Assembly: GCA_963997925.1 (NCBI GenBank)
Contig: CAXEOX010000005.1
Span: 1 to 56,012 of the forward strand
DNA length: 56,012 nucleotides
Reading direction: 5' to 3'
From: an uncultured bacterium
GTDB taxonomy: Bacteria; Chloroflexota; Dehalococcoidia; Lucifugimonadales; UBA3495
Below, one piece after another: positions 49,528 through 56,012 of the stretch. Position 1 is the first letter of the stretch. Each line of letters opens with the position of its first letter. The position numbers and the translations under genes are program-made. The notes beneath the pieces were generated by a model. It worked only from the letters and a program-made list of their open reading frames with translations, did not search any database and had not been told where the DNA came from.

Positions 49528-51384
49528 ATGACTAGGGTTCGAAATGATGAGCAAACAACCGGCCAGACCAACAAGGATCTCGCCGTTGACCCCGTGACGC
49601 GCCAGTTGATACGAGGTTCTCTCCGGGCCGCAAGACTCGAATGCGAACTCATTATCGAACGCACTGCGATGTCGGCGTTCATCCGTGAGAAGAAAGATTA
49701 CACCGTCAGCTTCTTGGACGCTCGGGGTCATGAGATATACGGCGACACCATGGGCAGCGACATCATGGGTTGTGTCTGGCAATACTACCCTGAGAATTCC
49801 ATAAAGCAGGGGGACCTGTACTGGTACAACGACCCATACATCTCCCAGGGCAGCATCACTCACACCTCGGACATGGTGTTCATATCGCCGGTGTTTCATG
49901 AAGGAGCCATAGTGGCCTATTGCCATTCCTTCGCCCATTTTTGGGACTTGGGTGGCGCCAGGCCGGGTAGCATCGGACCGGCGAACACGGAGATATTCCA
50001 TGACGGCACACTGGTGCCCCCCATCAAGATTATCGACCGTGGTCAGATCAACGAAGAGGCCTATCGAATCATCCTGCGCAATTCCAGGTATCCGGACCTG
50101 TTGGAGGGAGATTCCAAGGCACTGATGGCGGCAGCCCAGCGAGCCCAAGAACGCCTGCTGGAGATGTTTGACCGGTTCGGCAACCAGACCATGCTGTCAG
50201 CCATCAGGCAAGACCAGCATGACACCGGCGCCATGGTTCGGGAAAAAGCGCTGGAGATTATCCCAGAGGGGGACTACAGCGTCAGAGACTATCTCGATCA
50301 CTCAGGAGTGGGAGACCATTGGTATTCCTTCCATATTCAGCTAAGCCGCCGGGGCGACCACATCGCCTTGGACTCCACCCGAAGCGATGGCCAAGCCGCT
50401 GGTTCTATAAACTTCGTCGCCAGCCCCGGTGCGCTGGGGGCCTACTTCGGCCAGCATTTCCACCAATACGACCCTTCCCTTTTGTCGAACCACGGGCTGC
50501 TGGAATCCATCGACGAAGTGCACCTTCGCTCCGGCAGCATCCTTCTGCCGGAATGGCCGGCGGCCTTGGGTTGCCGGGCCCACACATTTACCAAGCTCAA
50601 AGGCGCGGTTCGGGCGGTCTTAGCCCAAGCCACCGATGGCCAGGTTATGGCCGGGACCGCTGTCTACGTGATTGTTTACTGGAGGATGAAAGACGATGCC
50701 GGGCAATGGCAACTATGTACCGATGGGATAGCGGTGGGGCACGGCGCCAGACCCTTCGCCGATGGACTGGACGCCATCTACCAACGCCACAACGAGAACT
50801 ACCCCGGCGAGTTCATGGAGATGGAATATCCCCTGCGTATGGAACGCTACGCTATCGTCCCCGATTCGGGCGGGCCGGGTAAGTATCGGGGCGGCTGCGG
50901 AGTGATTAGAGACGTCAGGCTTCTGGCGGACACTGGCACCTTCGGTCTCCGGGTGGAAAACAGCATCTTTCCCACTTGGGGAGTAAACGGGGGAATGGGC
51001 GGCGGCACTTCCAGAGTCGTGATGAATCCGGGCACCAGTGCAGAGAAGGAAGTACAGGCGTTCTCCGACGACAACATCTGGTCTAAAGAAGACCTTGTTA
51101 GGATATACACCGCCGGTGGTGGCGGCTGGGGTGATCCGCTGGAGCGAGAACCTCACTTGGTGAACGACGACGTTAAGGACGGTTATGTCACCCTGGAAGC
51201 CGCCCTGCGTGACTACGGGGTGGTCATCGACCCGGTTACCCTGGCGACGGACGAACAAGGCACCGAGGCGAAGCGGGAAGAGATTGGATTATCCAGAGGA
51301 CCCACCAAGATGTTCCACCGGTTCAACTACTTCGACACGGCGGATGAAGAATACCAGTGGATCAATGAGCACTTTCCCAGGTGA
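49528..51384 (+). CDS. hyuB: hydantoinase/oxoprolinase family, B subunit
   Basis: DPVTRQLIRGSLRAA...ERTAMSAFIREKKDYT...NDPY...GGGGWGDPLER motifs, 618 aa. Confidence 0.9.
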   Translation: MTRVRNDEQTTGQTNKDLAVDPVTRQLIRGSLRAARLECELIIERTAMSAFIREKKDYTVSFLDARGHEIYGDTMGSDIMGCVWQYYPENSIKQGDLYWYNDPYISQGSITHTSDMVFISPVFHEGAIVAYCHSFAHFWDLGGARPGSIGPANTEIFHDGTLVPPIKIIDRGQINEEAYRIILRNSRYPDLLEGDSKALMAAAQRAQERLLEMFDRFGNQTMLSAIRQDQHDTGAMVREKALEIIPEGDYSVRDYLDHSGVGDHWYSFHIQLSRRGDHIALDSTRSDGQAAGSINFVASPGALGAYFGQHFHQYDPSLLSNHGLLESIDEVHLRSGSILLPEWPAALGCRAHTFTKLKGAVRAVLAQATDGQVMAGTAVYVIVYWRMKDDAGQWQLCTDGIAVGHGARPFADGLDAIYQRHNENYPGEFMEMEYPLRMERYAIVPDSGGPGKYRGGCGVIRDVRLLADTGTFGLRVENSIFPTWGVNGGMGGGTSRVVMNPGTSAEKEVQAFSDDNIWSKEDLVRIYTAGGGGWGDPLEREPHLVNDDVKDGYVTLEAALRDYGVVIDPVTLATDEQGTEAKREEIGLSRGPTKMFHRFNYFDTADEEYQWINEHFPR

Positions 51385-51408
51385 CCTTGAACCGCTCCAC
51401 GTTACCGC

Positions 51409-51903
51409 TTAGTCTGGCGCCGATCCGATAGGCAAGGTGAAGCTGAATACACTTCCCTCGCCCGTCTCGCTCTCGACCCAAATCTCGCCGTCGTGCAACT
51501 CTACCAGGGCTTTGGTTATGGCCAGGCCAAGACCGGTCCCCGCCGTTGTCCGGGTGGACGAGTTGTCTATCCTATAGAATTTCTGGAACAACTTGTCACT
51601 GTCTTCACTGGGGATTCCCGATCCGTGATTCCGCACGTTTATCCGCAAGAATTCCGAAGCCTCTTTGTAGGGATTAACATCGATCTCTATCGACGATTCC
51701 GCAGGACTGTACTTCACTGCGTTACTCAGCAGATTGGCTAGGATCTGGACCACCCTGGACCTGTCGCCTTGAACCAATAAATGAGCGTTACTGTCCGCCA
51801 ACGAAACATTCATCTTCTTGGTTTCTACATCTGACTTCATATCGCTTAGGACTTGAGTCACAACGTCCCCGAAATGGAAGACGGATTTGTCCAGGGCGAC
51901 CAT
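51409..51903 (-). pseudogene. histidine-kinase remnant: HATPase_c domain only, no HisKA/H-box or sensor
   Basis: N, G1 and G2 boxes (ILANLLSNAVKY; RNHGSGI; GTGLGLAI). The upstream in-frame sequence hits a stop 18 codons up and is not HisKA-like. Confidence 0.65.
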
Positions 51904-52359
51904 ACCCTGGCCTTCCCAAGAGTGGTTTGGACATTTCTTCTGCCCATGCTGTTTCTACTGGGCTATCCTCTTTCGCAGGTTGTCGCGGCCACCATCGCGA
52001 TGTATCTGTGCTACATGGTTGTGGACGCCATGATTATGGCGAACTGCTACTTGTTGGGGCATGACGAGGCCAGACGCCGGTTGCGGAAAAATTGGTGGCT
52101 ATTAGCTATTCTGCCCACCTATAGTTTCGTACTATTTTGGTTCCGGCTGGGTGGCTTCCTCGCTGTCCTAAACGACCCGCCCCAATGGCGCACGGCGCCT
52201 CCGTGGCAAGAAGCCGCCAAACATGGAAACCGTCTGATGACCCAGACATATGTCTTTCTATGCCAGGTGGGCGCCACCCTGACAACCCGTCCGGTAGCTA
52301 TCCTTGCCGGAGTCATTGGAGTTTTGGCGTTACTTGCCGGCGGGCTTGGCCCTAAGTGA
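51853..52359 (+). pseudogene. membrane-protein remnant resembling the C-terminal TM region of membrane GT2 synthases (tentative)
   Basis: Multi-TM sequence with LLAILPTYSFVLFWFRLGGFLAVL. Its 5' end overlaps the kinase remnant and there is no credible start or SD. Confidence 0.3.
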
Positions 52360-52479
52360 ACGATGGCGTGTTGCCATGGAGGATCAGTTGCCACCAACCC
52401 GTCCAGGCAACAGCGGCGTATTATGTAACAACGGCAATGCACCGGGACCTTCTTGATTCCGATCTGGCAAGTGAGAATC

Positions 52480-54141
52480 ATGAACCAAATACAACCTGCA
52501 TCCGGAGGACCAATCAGGTCCATCGGTGACTTGGGATTCATACCTGGTGGGTTAGCTGCCGGGTTGCTGACTCCGCCTCTCGTTGGTCTTATCTATCTCC
52601 TAGACCGACTTGCTGGACTTCCCTTCGCTCCCTTCGCATTCTTCGATTGGGTAGCTCGGGTCCTGCCGGGACCGGTCGTTACTTTCGGCATCGACCTGAT
52701 GATCGACGGCTTACGTTTGGTTGGAATGAGTGTCGCTGCCGCTGCTAAAACGGCCGAACAAGTTGGCGCAATATTGATGTTTTTCTCCATTGGAGTTGTC
52801 GTCAGCGCCATCTTCTTCACCGTATTGAAGTCCAGAAGAGTCGACCCGAAACCATTTTCCGGCCTGATTCTCGGAGCCATATTCGGACTTCCCATGGCAG
52901 TGATCGGACTTTCAACAGGCCAGAGTTCCCCCTTTGCGCTATGGGGAATATTATTTCCCTTCCTAGCGTGGGGAATCGTATGTGTCCCGGTCTACCACCG
53001 CTTGAGAATCAACGCCGATGGATTGATAACCGAGGGCGAAGTCCGTTGGGCGAAAGTCATCGGCAGACGCCAGTTCCTGATTCGTTTGGGGGCGGTCGCT
53101 GCGACAATCACCGTACTCAGCAGCGGTGTAGGCGGAGTGTTGGCTCAGCGGGACCGCCGCCATATCAACCAGGCTATCGCGGGGACAATGGATGACTCCA
53201 ACATGAGAGCCAGGGGGCCATTTCCGAATGCGGATGACCCGGTGGTACCGGCTCTCGGCACCCGCCCCGAGTTTACTCCGGTCAAGGACCACTACAAAGT
53301 TTTCCTAAACACGGAGCCAACGGTGATAGACATCGCTACCTGGTCCCTGCCTATCACGGGACTCGTAGACAACCCGCTCCTGCTGACTTTGGACGACATA
53401 CAAAGTAATTATCAGTCGCAAGACCAGTACGTCACCCTCTCTTGCATCTCCGGGCGGATCGGGACGGACCTGATTAGCACCACTTGGTGGACCGGGGTTA
53501 GCCTGCAAAAAATACTGGCCGATGTTCAACTGCGCCCGGATGCCCGCTACCTGATTATCACCTCGGGCGATGGATTCTACGAAACCGTTGACCTGGACCT
53601 GATTGCGTCGGACGAACGAATCATGCTGGCGTACGCATGGGATGGCCTGCCGATTCCCTTCGACCACGGCTTTCCCTTGCGCATATGGTTGCCCGATCAC
53701 TATGGCATGAAGCAACCCAAGTGGATAACGGGCATGGAGGTCGTATCCGAGTATCAGCCGGGGTATTGGGTGGAGAGGAGCTGGGATAAAGAAGCGCGGG
53801 TCAAAGCAACATCGGTGATCGATACCGTGGCGGTGAAGGACCTAGTCGAGATCGACGGCCAGTTCCTGATTCCGATCGGGGGCATCGCATTCGCTGGCGA
53901 CCGCGGTATATCGAAGGTTGAGGTCAGCGTGGATGACGGCCCATGGCAGGAAGCCCGGTTGAGAGCGCCCCTTTCAGAGACAACGTGGGTGATTTGGCGC
54001 TACGAATGGCCATTCGCCGAGGGACAACACACCTTTGAAGTCAGGTGCGCTGAAGCCGACGGCACACCTCAGATAGAAGAAGATCGCGGGAACCGTCCCA
54101 GCGGAGCAACCGGCATCCATCGCCGAAAAACGAAGATATGA
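52480..54141 (+). CDS. membrane-anchored molybdopterin oxidoreductase (sulfite-oxidase/YedY-MsrP superfamily)
   Basis: About 190-aa polytopic N-terminal domain, internal RRQFLIRLGAVAATITVL, then an Oxidored_molyb core (VTLSCISG Mo-Cys context; GFPLRIWLPDHYGMKQPKWI) and an Ig-like C-terminal domain. Confidence 0.8.
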   Translation: MNQIQPASGGPIRSIGDLGFIPGGLAAGLLTPPLVGLIYLLDRLAGLPFAPFAFFDWVARVLPGPVVTFGIDLMIDGLRLVGMSVAAAAKTAEQVGAILMFFSIGVVVSAIFFTVLKSRRVDPKPFSGLILGAIFGLPMAVIGLSTGQSSPFALWGILFPFLAWGIVCVPVYHRLRINADGLITEGEVRWAKVIGRRQFLIRLGAVAATITVLSSGVGGVLAQRDRRHINQAIAGTMDDSNMRARGPFPNADDPVVPALGTRPEFTPVKDHYKVFLNTEPTVIDIATWSLPITGLVDNPLLLTLDDIQSNYQSQDQYVTLSCISGRIGTDLISTTWWTGVSLQKILADVQLRPDARYLIITSGDGFYETVDLDLIASDERIMLAYAWDGLPIPFDHGFPLRIWLPDHYGMKQPKWITGMEVVSEYQPGYWVERSWDKEARVKATSVIDTVAVKDLVEIDGQFLIPIGGIAFAGDRGISKVEVSVDDGPWQEARLRAPLSETTWVIWRYEWPFAEGQHTFEVRCAEADGTPQIEEDRGNRPSGATGIHRRKTKI

Positions 54142-54209
54142 GGTCTCGTGTTGGGTTGATGCCCTGAGGCATGTTTGCCGGCCCATCTGGACTGGCGCCG
54201 TGTCCCCTT

Positions 54210-55343
54210 TTAGGAGATCCGCTCCATGTCGAAGCCGTATAACTTGGCGGTTGTGGCGCCGACTATCTTGTTTTTCTCTTCTTGAGGAACTCCTTCAAGG
54301 ATACGGTCCAGAATCTCCCGGGACTTGGGGAAGGTGGATTCGGAGTGGGGATAGTCTGACCCCCACATGAGGGAGTCGACGCCGATGACGTCCCGCAGCC
54401 TGATGCCGATGTCGTCTTCTTGGAAGCTCAGATAAACGTTGTTGTGAAAGAAGTCGCTGGGCAGGGCGTCGCTCTTGTATCGGTAGGTGGCTTCTTCATG
54501 TCTTTCCTGGTAGGTGTAATCCATGCTGCCGAGAAGGTGGGGCACCCAGGCGAGTTCGAATTCAACCACGGCCAGATTAAGCCTGGGATATCGCTCGAAG
54601 ACGCCGGAGAAAATCATGTCACACATCGACGTGGACGGCCAGAAGACCTTGTTGGCACGGCCACTGGCGTCGCGGATATTGGTGTTTCCCTCGCCCCGGC
54701 TCTTCCCTTCCCGGCGGGTGGCGGTATGCAGGCTTAGAGGCATGTTCAGGTCTTGAGCGGCGGCCCAGAAAGGTTCGTATTCCGCGCCGTCGTAGCGCCG
54801 GGCTTCCCAGGGGTATTCGGATATCATCGCCCCAACCAAGCCCATTCTTGCGCTGCGTTCCAGTTCCCGAACGCCGTCGCTGACATCGTCCAGATTAATC
54901 ATGGCGATGCCCTTGAGCCGGTCCGGGTCGTTGCTACAGAAATCGGACAGCCAGTCGTTGTAAGCCCGAAACACCGCCGACATCAGCTCCGAGTCGGCAA
55001 TCTTGTAGTAGAAAAGGCCCTGGGAAGGGTAAAGAACTTCTCCGGATACGCCATCGATCGCCATGTCCTTGATGTGCTGGTCCGGGTCGTATCCTCCGGT
55101 GTGAACATCGTCGAACCGGCCTTGGGCTGAGATGGTCTCCGGTGCTTCGAAGCGAGCCCCGGCGTTGGATATAAGACCGATGCCGGCAATCATCTGGTCG
55201 CCTTCCACCATCAACTGATCAACATCGCCCACTCGTTCCATGTGAGGGGCCCGGTCTCGGAACTCGGTATCGATTCTCTGAGTCCACAGATCAGGCGGCT
55301 CGAACACGTGGGAGTCCGACGAGATAACAATTTCTTTGGCCAT
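54210..55343 (-). CDS. amidohydrolase_2 family metal-dependent hydrolase/decarboxylase (ACMSD-like)
   Basis: VISSDSHVFEPPDLW...LHTATR...WGSDYPHSE motifs. Confidence 0.85.
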   Translation of the reverse strand: MAKEIVISSDSHVFEPPDLWTQRIDTEFRDRAPHMERVGDVDQLMVEGDQMIAGIGLISNAGARFEAPETISAQGRFDDVHTGGYDPDQHIKDMAIDGVSGEVLYPSQGLFYYKIADSELMSAVFRAYNDWLSDFCSNDPDRLKGIAMINLDDVSDGVRELERSARMGLVGAMISEYPWEARRYDGAEYEPFWAAAQDLNMPLSLHTATRREGKSRGEGNTNIRDASGRANKVFWPSTSMCDMIFSGVFERYPRLNLAVVEFELAWVPHLLGSMDYTYQERHEEATYRYKSDALPSDFFHNNVYLSFQEDDIGIRLRDVIGVDSLMWGSDYPHSESTFPKSREILDRILEGVPQEEKNKIVGATTAKLYGFDMERIS

Positions 55344-55412
55344 GGATTGCTTTTCTCCTGGGGGCGGCGGCTATCGTCTGAACGACGATATTCTACCATC
55401 CGGGAATGGGTG

Positions 55413-55658
55413 CTACTGAACCGTTACCGCTGCCAAGCTCTCTTGGCGATGTCTTTTCCAGAAACGCTGCAAGGCGACCAGTGCCCACAATGCCTCGATG
55501 GCGGTGATGGGATAGGCTTCGACCAGTCCGCTGTAGAAGGATGTGAGGGCTGAGCCTCCAGCGAATATCAGCACCATCCACTTGGAGCGAGGCTCCAGCC
55601 AGTAAGCTAGGAACATGATGGTTACGGCAATGATGCCGAACGTTGTCAGCATATCCAC
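55413..55658 (-). CDS. small 3-TM membrane protein
   Basis: 81 aa, hydrophobic, no family recognised. Confidence 0.4.
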   Translation of the reverse strand: MDMLTTFGIIAVTIMFLAYWLEPRSKWMVLIFAGGSALTSFYSGLVEAYPITAIEALWALVALQRFWKRHRQESLAAVTVQ

Positions 55659-55689
55659 CTCTTGGGGATTGGACTAAGACTTTTCGCGC

Positions 55690-55956
55690 TCAGAACGGGC
55701 GAGTTCCGAAAACATCAGCGAGTCGAAATGCCCAGATGGACCCGGCGAGAACGGTTGACGCTATCAGAATCTTGAAGGATCGGAGGCTCCAAGCGGAGCG
55801 TCGCCACTTTTTCCAACTAGCCCATTCGAGGTACCAACCCCGACTGAGCATGACTACTGTGATTGCTAGAAAGGGCCACGTCAGCACCTGCAAGGCAGGC
55901 GCTATGGCCAGCCCGGCTGGGGCGCCACCCAGCAGGCCGAGCAAGCTTGGAACCAC
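55690..55956 (-). CDS. small membrane protein (start uncertain, near window edge)
   Basis: 88 aa, GTG start, 2-3 TM-like segments. Confidence 0.3.
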   Translation of the reverse strand: MVPSLLGLLGGAPAGLAIAPALQVLTWPFLAITVVMLSRGWYLEWASWKKWRRSAWSLRSFKILIASTVLAGSIWAFRLADVFGTRPF

Positions 55957-56012
55957 TCATCACCAGGGTAAGGGCAGCAGTCCGCTCAACAGGGCTACGA
56001 AGGGTTTTTCAA

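Noticed and set aside
52453-52479. TTG start of the Moco oxidoreductase ORF
   Set aside because: The ATG at 52480 gives a more plausible N-terminus. The 9 extra codons add nothing recognisable. The uncertainty remains.

Overview
GC-rich (about 60% by eye, with a few sharply AT-richer patches), tightly packed bacterial chromosomal segment of about 55 genes. I found no rRNA, tRNA or CRISPR array.

Gene content is dominated by paralogous catabolic enzymes:
- three family-III (CaiB/BaiF) CoA-transferase genes carrying four catalytic domains, one gene being a tandem fusion
- two crotonases and two adjacent SDRs
- a ThDP enzyme, hydantoinase A/B and an amidohydrolase_2
- a tandem pair of FMN alpha-hydroxy-acid oxidases next to a GntR-controlled 2-oxoacid:ferredoxin oxidoreductase
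- two MFS transporters

Housekeeping genes are interspersed: hisZ-like/hisG/hisD/hisC/hisB, birA, cysS, hpf, meaB, tenA and an NfeD-SPFH pair. This mix resembles marine Chloroflexota of the SAR202 type, but that is inference only.

Observations I rate highest:
1. An AT-rich RelA/SpoT-type small alarmone synthetase, possibly toxSAS/CapRel-like, sits inside the his operon between hisG and hisD, next to a Zn-PLC-fold gene.
2. A full-length CysRS is fused to a C-terminal GT2-like domain.
3. A REP-associated tyrosine transposase (RAYT) is interrupted by one in-frame TAG. It contains one copy of the palindrome GTAGGGGC...GCCCCTAC and is flanked by another; two further copies lie elsewhere in the window.
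4. Three more intergenic repeat families are present: TCAGCNN heptad arrays, nested CCCTCAC/CCCCTCTCCC hairpins bracketing a two-gene cassette, and a double-hairpin composite.
5. hpf is split by a frameshift, yet its C-terminal domain is intact in another frame.
6. Several catalytically degenerate partners sit beside canonical paralogues: an SDR lacking the Tyr/Lys catalytic motif, and a CoA-transferase with Gly at the catalytic Asp position.
7. An AT-rich islet of orphan genes lies at 6.6-8.8 kb.

I see no recognisable complete novel multi-gene system. The candidates above are ranked by how unusual they look from sequence alone.
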